Shown in pieces: positions 11,245-23,275 of a stretch of DNA of 64,000 nt. A program made the position numbers and the translations under genes. The notes beneath the pieces were generated by a model. It had not been told where the DNA came from. It was given only the letters and a program-made list of their open reading frames with translations, and made no database searches. Source of the stretch: Callorhinchus milii (taxonomy: Eukaryota). Positions within the stretch are counted from its first letter, which is position 1; the number at the start of each line of letters is the position of its first letter. The stretch spans positions 104,162,001-104,226,000 of the forward strand of contig NW_024704742.1 of assembly GCF_018977255.1 (NCBI RefSeq), read 5' to 3'.

Positions 11245-12160
11245 AGAAGTGACTATCCTTCTTGAAGGGAGGTAAGTGGGCTCTCCCTGTAGCTGAACTG
11301 GCTCCAAGGTAACATGCTTGGCAATAGAATGTCCTAATCGAGCCAACCCTCGGTACTAATCTCGGCAGTCCAACTCCTGAACCAGGTGGGTGTGCAGTGT
11401 TCCAAATGCTGCTGTTAACAGACCAGTTCAGCCCGGAGGGGAAGACTTGTTAATGGAAGCAGAGATTTTGCCCACTCAGCTGCTATTAACCCTAATAATA
11501 ATAATAATAATCCTTGCATTTGATATAGCGCTTTTCACGTCGGGAGGACGTCCCAAAGCGCTTCACAGAACACACTGTAAAGTGAATTGACTATATTTGT
11601 GGGCGAACGCGGCAGCCAATTGTGCACAGCAATGTCCCACAAACAGTCGTAGATTGAAAATGACCAATTTATTATTGTTTTTTTTTATGGAGGGATTATT
11701 ATTAGGCTCTGTGTGGAGTAAGGAAACTTGTCCAAGGTTTCGCCCTGCCTGGAATTGAACTCAGTTCTCTCGCTTGCAAAGCGAGTGCTCTAACCACTGA
11801 GCTACAGGACTCCACTGCAAGATAATGGCTTACGAGGTAGGGTGGTCCTAGCTGAACAAGCAGCAGGAAAGCTTGCCAGATAATGATATCAATGGCAAAC
11901 TATGCAGTTTTAGTTGGTTACACTCTAGCAGTGCCCCAACGCCCACTGTGGGATCCTTAAGATGTGACTCTTGCCAAACTAATATCCCAGAGTTAGGTAA
12001 GGTAGATGCATCCTTTCAGGGAACGATTGTGCATTCCATTCAAGACATAAGGAAATCTCTATGTCTCGGTGGCATAGATCTGTGTAACTCTCAATGTATC
12101 TCGGATACTCTTAAGCATGGTAATGGGTTTCCAGACAACTGGTTGACCAAAACGAAATCC
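11245..12160. repeat. Unclassified old interspersed repeat, copy 2 (split by SINE 11493-11815)
   Basis: Left half matches 195-435; right half matches 22975-23270. Confidence 0.75.
11493..11815 (-). mobile_element. Full-length SINE family A, inserted into an older unclassified repeat
   Basis: Same sequence as other family A copies; flanks rejoin as TAACCC^TGCAAG, matching the uninterrupted copy near 22970. Confidence 0.95.
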
Positions 12161-12979
12161 TGAAGAAGGTCCAGTCTGTGTTCACCATCTTCATTTGAAT
12201 GCATGACTGAGGTTAGGAACTTTTGGGGAGTCAACAAACCAAAATTCTACTGTGCTCCAGCACAATAGTAGGAACAGCATTTTGTACCCTATATACATTA
12301 AAGATAAATTTAGTTGATAGCCCACATTATTTTTAACAGTATCAATAAATAGTGACGAGTAAAATTACACTAGCAAATTAAAAAAAACTTAAAACACAAA
12401 CTTATTTCTGTTTGATTAGATCCATAGTCTCAAATTTATTTTAGTTAAGAAAATAATCCTGCCCTGAGAAACATATTTGATTCCTTATATAAAAAATACA
12501 TGACTTTGATGTCTTCCTAATACTGAGATGTGAGCTGTTCAAATGGTCTTGATCTGAAACAACCATCCTAGCAGTTATTGTAAAGCTATTACTATTCATG
12601 TTAAGGCAATCTCTTTTAGAGATCTACCACTATCTTATGACTTTAGGACAATAAATCTTTTCTAATTTCAATATTTAGTAAGAGTGGTTTCTTTACAGCT
12701 TGAACTCATCTTTACAGCACAGTCCTGCTGGACGATTAGAAAACAACAACAACATTACATTTGTGTAGCATCTTTCACGTCGGGAGGAGGACGTCCCAAG
12801 GCGCTAGGGAGTCAGTGTTTTGGACAGTAATTAGGATGACAAATGATCTGGAGTGTGTTACATGTATTGAGAAGATACTAATGACTCTTGCATTTGACAT
12901 AATGCCTTTGACCTAAGGAGGATGTCTCAAAGACCTTCATAAGATTTACTGTAAAGTGATTGTGTATTTGGAGGCCTGA

Positions 12980-14090
12980 ATGTTGAATCCTATCAATCTC
13001 TCTTATGCATACCACCTCACAACACAGCAACATGGTATCATCAGCAAATGTCATAATATTGCAATAAGTACTCTTCTCTGTGTTATTTATAAATAGCATG
13101 AGCAGTGAGAGAGCCAAAAAGGATCCCTGTTGAACTCGCCACCCCAAACTGGATATGTTCTATTTGTTGGCACCTTCTTCTTTCTATTGTTAATTAGTTA
13201 ATTGGTTAATTCCTGAGCATTCCTCTTAAGACTCACATTGTGAAAAAATATCAGATGTATTTTGAAAACCTAACTGGATCGCTCTGGTCTACTGTTTAGT
13301 TTCCTCTGGATAGAATTCGAGTGGACTAGTGAGGCATGACTTATTGCTTCTCAATCACACTGATTATTGATGCCTCAGAGTTCTTTAGATGGACACCAGT
13401 AGTATTCGTAAAAAGCTCTGGAACCTTGTCACCACCTTTTATGTCTTTCATCAATATTTGGTTGCAGTTGCAGTTCCTTTATTTACAAAATTCCTAAAAA
13501 TAATTGCCACACCCATGGCTAGTTCCGGTCTCATTTCCTTGAGGATTTTATGCTGTCAGCGTACTTCAGATATTCGAGGGTTTCTTGTTTACATGCTGCC
13601 CTGATTTGTGCATGTGTTATAGATTCCTAAGTTAAAATAACTGGATTGAGAATTTATCTATAGTCTTCTTTTCCTTGAGTGGTGTAATCTGAAAAATTAT
13701 TTAACACCTCTGCCATCTGCTGATCATCTATAATGTTTCTACTCCATTTATCCCTTTGAGGATTTTTGTCCATGGTTTACAAATAACTTTGAATCTCTAA
13801 AGCTCCTATCTATTGCCATCCCATCTCTTGTAATACTCATTTAGCTATTCTCACTACATTGTGTTTCCTTGTATCTTTTAAAGTATTTCTGTTTGGCCTA
13901 TAGATTTATTTTGACCTTTTTTATTCAACCGCTGTGTTCTCAAGCTTACTCTATTTTTCTTTATTTCTCACAGAAATTTATATCCTTTCCAGTGCATCGC
14001 AAATGCTCTTAAAAGCATTTTTTCCCCCTGTTTTTTATTTTAATTCCACTTCCCACATTATTCTCCCTGGAACTCTCTCGTGACACCAAC
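12980..14090 (-). mobile_element. Highly decayed CR1-type LINE ORF2 fragment
   Basis: Minus-strand VQQGS...LFINN...TFADDT RT-like motifs; extent approximate. Confidence 0.6.
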
Positions 14091-17047
14091 ACATGTTCTT
14101 CTGAATCCTTGCACAAGCCCATTGTTACTTTTGATATTACAATACTGTATAAAAATGGACTTTACAATGATAACTAGAACTCAAGAGTTCAATTTCCCTA
14201 GGAATTGGATTACTAAATACTAAATCAATGTAACTTCACTAGTTAAATTAATAATCCTGCGTGGTTCTCTGATACGGTCTATCAATAGCTTGTATTTAAC
14301 CTGTTCCTTTCTTTCCATTCTTTATGTGACCATTTTACCTCTCGACACTGACATTCTCTAGCTTTGTGTTTCTTTTTAAAGTTAATTTTATTGCTACAAA
14401 TTTGGGAACTCTTCAGTAACTCTTCCCTTCCTGACCCTCTGACTGTTCTCTCACTGGTAAGTGGCTGGTGACATCTTGACAATCCAGTGCTAAATCAAGA
14501 TGACTATTGGAGCTTTCACTGAGAGGTGCAGAGCCAGTTTGATGCTGTAGTTTGGTGGTGCGATACAAATACACAATTATTTAAAAAAAACTCTTTTTAA
14601 CCATCATTTTGTGATTTTAGTGCCTTTAGTCCAGGAATGTTGCAGACATGAAGCAACGGCAATCTTTTACACTTTTAGAGACCAAATCAATTGGTTCCAG
14701 TAAACCTGTTACTTGATGAACATAGAGCATAGAACAAGTTCCATATTCCCTGAATGTGAAAGCAATTTTATTCACGTGGTTACAGCATTAGGTACTCAAG
14801 TGGAATTGTTCTGTTGCTCAGTTGCTCAGTTCATGGAGAATGTTGGCATTGGTGTCTGGAAGGGGAGGGGAGAAAAGGAGAGGAAGTGGAGCTGCTCGTG
14901 GAGGATTAAGACCTGAATTATTAGAGAACTGAACGAGTGATGTGAGAACTGTGGAAATGCCACTATATTTTAGTGGCAGTACTGGGACAACTTTCCTGTT
15001 CGTTTCTCAGGCATCGCGCCCAAAGTCTGATAACTTTTAATAGTATTGGAGAATGGGATGTCTCCGCCCCATAGCTTGTTCCAGCAATGACTGATGGAGC
15101 TAATATAAACTTGTAACTAAGTGGCTTGTAGCTGATATGAAAATACACATACAAAACAAATACTGTGCTGACGGCTGAATTTACTGTAAAAAAGTAATTC
15201 CCAGGGCTACAACTTTCCCCTTGTCAAACAAACTCTTAAGTGTGCTACTGCTGTTGTAAATCTATTCTATTCTATGCTTCCTGGCAGTAATAATGCACAT
15301 TGTGGTACTAAAACTGTAAGAATGGCATTTATTTCAGTATAGTGGCCAATTGTGTATTTCTTTGTTATAGCTAAATATTCCTATCTATTATTCACTGTAA
15401 GGCTTACTGGTGAATCATATTGTGGCTGAGATTGAGATATTTATATGAATGTAATATTAGTTGCCATTAGAGAGCTTTCAGGATGCCAGGCAGAGACTTG
15501 TCCGGAGAGGCAGCAGAACGGACATGACATGATGTAAAAGTATCCTTCATGTTGGGTGTAAATACTTTATGTCACACGGTTAGTCATTTTTTACTTTGAA
15601 ATTTTAAAGAATTTAGTTAGAATTTAGTTTGTGTTGTGTTGTTTCCACTTACAATCTGACCATAACCCACTGACCGTAACATATCTTCTGTTCAATTGGA
15701 GTCTTGAACAATAATCTCAGGACATGACCTGCAGAAATGTCTCTCCATGAGAGCCTGAGAGACCCATTTTTTGTGGTTATTGACTGTAAATGTGATACAG
15801 CGACAAAACTTTAGAAATATTTTATTTAGGCCCATTCTCAGTCCGAATGTTTGGGCTGGATTTTGTAAACAGATTGATTATTCCACATTGGTGCTCGAGC
15901 ATGAAATAATTCAAGTATGCCCATTTGTTCTTTTCTCTTTCCGCCAAGTTCTTCCCCTTCTGCAAGCCTTTGACTTTGTTTTCGTACAGGAATAATGGTA
16001 TCATAGATGCCAGTCTGTATGTTTCAGTGCTTTACCCACTGGACCATTAGAGTGAGGCTTTGTCCCACGCATTTTATGATGATAATAATAATCATAATAA
16101 TAATAATCCTTGCATTTGATGTAGCACCTTATCATGTCTTCAGGGCGTCTCAAAGTATTTCAGAGAATATACTGTAAAGTTAATTGACTATATATAGCCC
16201 AATGTCCTAATAAATAATCTTCCATTCTACAATACAGAATGAGCACCAACATCCCCAGTAAATATGAGCTTGTCTCAAGTTCTACATTCTTAAGTTTGAA
16301 AATATTGTCAGATGGATTTAAAGAATCGTGACACTATCAAAAAGCAGGGAACGTGGGTTGATACTTTGATCCTGAGTTAAAACTAGGGAGGATTCTCATT
16401 TCCCATTTATAATCTCACACCATCACTTGCCTTGATGTTAGTAGCATGTAGTGAAATACAAATGTGTAAATGTTGTAAACCATTCAATGTGGATCTATGT
16501 CTTATTGCACAAAGCACAGAATATGATTATATGTTTCTAGGAACATTCTCATCTTTTACATTTAATTAATTTGCTACATTATTGACTGCATTTTGAAATG
16601 TTATTAATTTGGTTTCTCGATTCATGGCTGATTGTGGGACATTGCTGTGTGCAAATTGGCAAACACATCAACCTACAAAAATACACTGTCACTACCCATG
16701 ATGATATACCCTGTGAAGCACTTTGAGACATTGTCCCAATGTAAAAAGACATTATATCCAATGTAAGAATTTTCACTATTACTAAAAAAATCATATTATT
16801 CATTCATTGATGTCTTGAAAGAGGCAGGTTAGGTATGGATGAGAATTAATGGAGAAGTGGGCAAGAAATGGAGCTGCAACTGAGACCAATTCTGCAGAGG
16901 TAGATTCTGTCTTGTGTTTAGCATTGATTAAAAATAACAACAATTCAAATGTAAAAAGTATGAAGTGTGAATCTAGGATGTTTGACCGTCATAAATTTTG
17001 ACAGCTGTGCAGAACGCTCATAATTCATTTACATGTACATAAAAGGC

Positions 17048-17307
17048 AGGCAGGGCGAAACCTTGGGCAAGTTTCCTTACTTGCTTACTCCACACGCCTA
17101 ATAATAATCCCTACAAAAAACAAAACAATAATAAATTGGTCATTTTTAATCCACGACTGTTTGTGGGACACTGCTGTGTGCAATTGGCTGCCGCGTTCGC
17201 CCACAAATATATAGTCAATTCACTTTACAGTATATTCTGTGAAGCGCTTTGGGACATCTAGAAGACATCAAAAGCGCTATATCAAATGCAAGGATTATTA
17301 TTATTAT
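17048..17307 (+). mobile_element. 5'-truncated SINE family A
   Basis: Starts CAGGCAGGGCGAAACC and ends GCAAGG(ATT)n. Confidence 0.9.
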
Positions 17308-17929
17308 AAAGACTGAGTACAGCTAGCCCTGAAATGCTTTTGCTCAGTTAGCCCACGATTTTAAGATTGTGGATGTTTTTAATCATATAATAAATGAGTG
17401 ACCTTAATTATGGGCATGACATTGATTGAATGAGCATTCCACAAGGTTCTAGGTCAGATACCAAAATTTTAACATCTCTATAATGTTAAAGATCAGAACA
17501 AGTTTGTCAGAGCATCTTGTAGTGCTTCCAAGCTTAGTCACACATTCCATATGAAACCATCACATTATTTAGCAAAAACGTATCAGAATTTTCCTAACAC
17601 TCAAATTGATTTCTCATCCTTGCATTTGGTATTTGCATTTTCTTGACTTCTCTAATCTTTTATTTGATTAAAGTCTCCAGGGATCTGTTTTATTTTCAAT
17701 TTTCCTTTATCTATCATGCTTCCTAGCGTGAATATGTAGAATTCTTAGTCAGATTCAAGTACTCTTAAGCATGGTGATGAGGTTTCCTTATGTGCCAGAA
17801 ACCTGGCTAACCGCAAACATTTTTTCCCCTGAATGAGCTGCAAAGGTTTGTGTTAGTATAATGCCTTGATGGATCTGGTGTGTGATAGGAGGTTTAATAA
17901 TAATGTTGTTGCCAAAGTCTTTTGTTAAC

Positions 17930-17992
17930 CAGCGCCTTGGGACATCCTCCTGACGTGAAAGGCGCTCTATAAATGGAATCTTGTTGTTGTTG
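17930..17992 (+). mobile_element. Minimal L2 3' tail insertion
   Basis: CAGCGCCTTGGGACATCC...(TTG)n with TSD-like TTGTTAACC / TTGTGAACC. Confidence 0.85.
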
Positions 17993-18218
17993 TGAACCGA
18001 TATATGTCTCAACAGCCCACATGATATCTGCTCGGCACCAATGTGATCTAACCCTGGAGTGGAGCAATTGGCTACCAAACAGATATAACTTATGACTCAG
18101 AGTAAATGACTCCTGTTATAAATTCGCAGAATTTAGATCCCATTTAGACTCCAGTATTTACATGAAAATAGCTCAAAATAAAACTTATTAGGATATGCCA
18201 CTGGCACGGTGCTAAAGA

Positions 18219-18372
18219 TGGCTTGCTTAATAATGAACACGGAATACAACATTTAAATCTAGTTCATACCTTGTTTCATCCACAAATATACAGTCAATTC
18301 ACTTTCCAGTATATTCTGTGAAGCACTTTGAGACGTCTAGAAGACATGAAAAGCACTATATCAAATGCAAGG

Positions 18373-18407
<35 letters not shown>
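18219..18407 (+). mobile_element. SINE 3' fragment with long (ATT)n tail
   Basis: CCACAAATATACAGTC...TGCAAGG(ATT)n. Confidence 0.9.
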
Positions 18408-18408
<1 letters not shown>

Positions 18409-19784
18409 CCTGTTGTTGGAGTAATGTGGACAATTAATATGATCATGCTATAGCTTTAATGGAAGTCATCTGGTAATAACATGTCTGTGTTATTCTTGGC
18501 TGACCAGAGAAAGTGCTGCAGTTTGAAAGATCTCTGGGATAGTCTTTCATGCTGAGTCAGTTTTGTAAAGAACAAAAGTGTCATTGTAGAATTGTATAGT
18601 GCCTCTCTTTAGCTGAGTTAGTCTTCTTGTGAGTCTGTACAATCGGTATATGTAGCTTGAAACAGGGAGCATTGGATTGCTGACGCCTCCTACTCTGACA
18701 ATAGTGTTAATTCTGTGATGGAAAAGTAACCAGTACTGGGGCTGGAATTCATTAATCTCTGAATGAAACCAATGAGTGTTATAGAACCTCCCTTGTGCAT
18801 GAATAATTAAGTATGCCTTGGGGATGAGAATATAATGAATTCTGCAAGGACCCAGTAAGTCAGTGTATTCTAGCCTTGACAATCCAAAACACAAAACAAA
18901 GCCCCACTGTTACAACATATTGGCATAGTGGTTTCATATTGCAGAAATATTTACTTGTTACATGTTTGTACTACTACACTAGAGGTTCTCTGTTTGCATC
19001 ACTGCAACTGAGGAGAGAAAGAGGTAGCCACCTCTAACTTGAGGGACCGACAGTGACTGCTGGTAAAACACAATGTACAATGTATGCACTACATAGTGTG
19101 GGGGAAGGATATCCCCCCTCTGCATTGTTGTAGGAATAAAAGAGTTTGTAGATGGTATATTGTTGGTTGGCTATTTACCTTTCCTCCTGACGCACACAAT
19201 GTTCAGGACTTGTTTTTAAAAAATCCTAGAGTATCTTGGTTTTGTGCCAGTCAGAAAACAACCCTTCTCTGTCCTCTGTTTTCCAGCAGTCATTGTGGCC
19301 TTTTTTCTCTCCAAACATTTATGATCCCCCCAACCCCCATCTTCTGCGTGCAGTGGTGCTGTTGGATTGAACATGTTCCCTTGTGTCATTAATCTCTGGC
19401 AGCGCTGCTCGTAGTACAAAAGACTGTCAGAAGATCAGGTTGCTCATTCTTTTTTTATTTTTAATGATAATGGGAGCAGATGGGTGTTTCTAGTGCCTTC
19501 TCGCTACAGGAACACTGCCATATTTTATCAAATTGATGCCATAAAGTGTTGTTCATTGTCTGTTTTTCATGTTTATTTCTTACTGAAGAGAAGGGATGTC
19601 TTCCGTTTTCCCCTGCAGTGTGCACGTATGGGACCTTCATTTGATTTTAATTGTTTGCGTGTACTATAGTAAATAGCTTGATCTTTGTTTTGGCTTTAAA
19701 GCCTACATGTTCTGCTTTTTGTTCAATTCAACCTTCAGCTACAGATTTAAACTGACACGGCACTAATTGTACCCAGGACACTTG

Positions 19785-20262
19785 CATCTCCCCCATCTCC
19801 CCCACTTCGCCTGACTCCATTGGCTCCCTATCCTTCAGAGGATCCAGTTCAAGATCCTGGTCCTCACGTACAAAGCCCTCCATAGCCTCGCCCCACCCTA
19901 CCTCTGTGACCTCCTAACCCCCTACCAACCCGCCCGCTCCCTCTGCTCATCCGGCTCCGGCCTGCTCCACATCCCCCGACCCACCCGCCCCACCATTGGC
20001 GGGAGAGCCTTCAGCCACTCTGCCCCCAACCTCTGTAATTCCATCCCCCAGTCACTCTGCCTCGCCCCCTCCTTAGCCTCCTTCAAGTCCTGCCTCAAAA
20101 CCCTCCTCTTCGACTATGCCATCGGCCACCCCCCCTCACCTACCCTCCCTTCTTCCCCCCCTCCCGACCCCAGCTCGGGTCTGAAATGCTGTCACTGTCC
20201 AGTGCCTTGGGACGTCCTCCCAAAATGAAAGGTGCTATACAAATGTAATCTTGTTGTTGTTG
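19785..20262 (+). mobile_element. L2 LINE 3' fragment
   Basis: ORF2 C-terminus (RLHWLPILQRIQFKILVL) plus tail GGGACGTCCTCCC...(TTG)n. Confidence 0.95.
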
Positions 20263-22328
20263 CAAGATGGTTAAAAAGAAACCAATGGATAAAAGGAAGT
20301 CAAGCCTTGAAATGTTGTGAAAATTGTTTTAAGACAGAAAAGTTAATGGCAGAATAAATTACTACTGTATTAATGCGTGTGCTCAGCCCACAAGAGATGC
20401 TGCTGTGTTTGCCTGGTTGTTGAAAGGGATTTGACCATTGCTTTCAATAGAGGTGAATGGATTGCATGAAATATTTGTAACATGGAATGAGAATAAAGAG
20501 CAAACCCATTCTGGCTATGTATATGTTACAAAATATTAATATAATGCATCCCTGTACGTGCTCCTGTGAACAGAACAATGGAAGCACAGCAGGAAGGATA
20601 CAGTGTGCATGGTAAAAATGTGTTTGGTTGTGAACTTGCACTCTATTGTTTTTTAATGGGTGGAGAAGTTATCAATGTGAACAGAGAGGCCTCTCTGGCG
20701 GCACTTATAGCCAAAGTAGAAAAATAACCGTGCTCTACATATTGCATGCGGGAAGTGTTGATCTGTCCGTAGTCCCAAAACAACACTAATCGTTTTTTTA
20801 GAATTATTTGTAACATATATCCTTTCAGATTCTTTCCATACTTTCAGATGTTTTTTGGCTTGATGTGTAGCTCTGCTTTGCTTCTTCAGATTGTCTGTTA
20901 TGAAAAGCACCGTGAGCACTGTGTCAGTTTTTCCTCTTTTAGGAGAAAGTCCTTTCCTCTGCTTGGCATATCTCAATAGCAGAATTGGAGAAAGAATAGA
21001 TTTTGAATCTGGTTTCTAATAATTCACTGAAGGTTTCCAATAAATATGAAGCTGTTAACAACAAAGCTAATCACAATAGAATAAAAATAAGGATATAATA
21101 ATCCTTACACTTGATAAAGCGCATTTCATGTCAAGAAGATGTCTCAAAGCGCTTAACAGGATATACTATAAGTGTAATGACTTTGTATTTTATAGTAGAT
21201 TTTGTAGGGATTCCCAGATTTCCATTTCTCATGGACTTCACCATAAAACCTTTGTCATAAAATTTACTTTTTTGAAGGAATTTTTGAAAATTCTTAAATT
21301 CAGTCATAATTTGGAAGAAGTGCAAGAAACTGGCTTCAGAATGAAGACTCGAATTAAGAATTCTCTGATATTTTGAATCATCTTAAATTTTAAGATAATG
21401 ATCTTAAGGCTGAGACCATGAGAAATATTACTTCTTTGCATCTTGCATTTACCTGGTTTCTGAAGGCATATACTGCGGCACGGCAGCTTTTATAAATGCA
21501 AAACTTTGCTGATTATAACATTTCAACCATGTGTTAAACTCTTCCTCTGCAATGTTGGTTTTTTGACCCTGGCTAAGACCATAAGAATCAATACATATGA
21601 TCTTTATGGGAGTTTGCACTCTCTTCAGGACTCACTTATCAACTTGCTCATGTGGTCTGTAGGAACCTGTTCTATTTCAATAATTCCTGAAATCCAAATC
21701 CATTTGAAAAGTTGTTTGTATTTTGCTAAATTGCTGGTGGTATCTATCACATTTCACCACTGTATTTCTATCAATTTGAATAAGCTGTTTACTTTCTCTT
21801 GCTGTAACAGTTCCTGTTTTATATGCAGATGTAAAACGCAAACATCTTTCTAAGCTATGTTTTGACAGCAAAACTAATTTGTTAAAATTACAGGGATAAC
21901 AGGGAACAGAACTGTATACTTTTCCATAAAGGTAATTATTTCATTGATGCTCTGAAATCATTATTTAAACAATATTTTGAATTTTCGTTTAGCAACAGAA
22001 CCAAAGTGGTGTCATGATTATTGGCTAATGAATCATTTCTGAATACAGATGTTTATTAGTGGGAATTCCCTTAAGCTGAGAATACTAGGTTAATGTATGT
22101 TTGCTGACCATTGTTAGGAAACAGGCCATTTGGCCCAACTAGTCCGTGCCGGTGTTTGTACTCTATATGAGCCCCTAACTACCCTATTCCCTTCTCCTAT
22201 TCTCCCTTTATTGAGTGTGTAATGTAACTGATCTAAACCTAGATTTGAATGTAATAAATTTAGCCCAATCATTCCATAAACTGATGCATTTATGGTTGCA
22301 GCCAACAGAGGAACGAGGTTATACTGTA

Positions 22329-22510
22329 TATAATAATAATCCTTGCATTTAATATATCGCTTTATCACGTCTTCAAGATGTCTCAAAGCGCTTCACAGAA
22401 TATACTATAAAGTGAATTGATGGTATATTTTGTGGGTGAAACGCGGCAGCCGATTGCGCACAGCAGTGTCTCACAAACAGTCGTGGATTAAGCGACCAAT
22501 TTATTATTTC
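22329..22510 (-). mobile_element. SINE family A 3' fragment
   Basis: Matches the family A tail and body. Further 3' fragments lie near 16082-16195, 21095-21190, 28622-28770, 32470-32534, 36060-36178, 44060-44175, 46980-47180, 61440-61580 and 63390-63623. Confidence 0.85.
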
Positions 22511-22889
22511 AAAAATGTTTTTTTTATTTTTTTGATTCATGGAAGCAGGCACTTCAACAACAATGGTTGTGAATCTTCTTCCTGATCAATGTGTGGCAGC
22601 CGAGGACCAAAACCATTGCTGTTGTTTTATCTATTCTGTCCATTCTTATGCCTTCTTGGTTATTCTCTTTGATTTTTTTTGTCAAACAGAAAACTTTTTT
22701 CCTGCATTATACTTTCCATTTGCAGTGTTTGCACTGAAATATGGTCACATAGCAGGTGGCATTCAAATGAACACTTTGCAGTTTGCAGGGAAGGCAAAGA
22801 CATAAGAACCCAATAGAATGAACTCAGTTGGAATGGATAAGGAAAATAATTAGTTTGCATTAAATGTTACAAAAGAATGGTTTTATAAA

Positions 22890-23275
22890 CCAAGCCTGAC
22901 TCATCAGCAAGACCTGGATGGACAAACAAGTCATGGGGAGCTGGGGATCTTCCCACTCAGCTCCTGCTAACCCTGCAAGTCAAAGCCCTAATGGGTAGGA
23001 TTCCCAGTTAGTGATCCTCATTGTAAGCTATCCGGTTTTAGTGGTTAAATTCCAACAGTACTCCAACACACAGTCATGGGTTCCCAAACCTTGGCTCTTG
23101 TCAAGCTAATACTCTCCGGAATTAGATAAGCAGGATGTGTCCCTCGAGGGGGAGAGTGCATATTCTATTCAAGACACAGAGAAATGTCCATGTGTAGGTG
23201 GCACACATGTGGAATTTTCAGCCTGGTTTGGATACTGGTCTGAATATATCAGACACCTGGCCAATCAAACTAACC
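22890..23275. repeat. Unclassified old interspersed repeat, copy 3
   Basis: CCCACTCAGCTCC...TAACCCTGCAAG...TTCAAGACA...GGTGGCA shared with copies 1 and 2. Confidence 0.7.
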
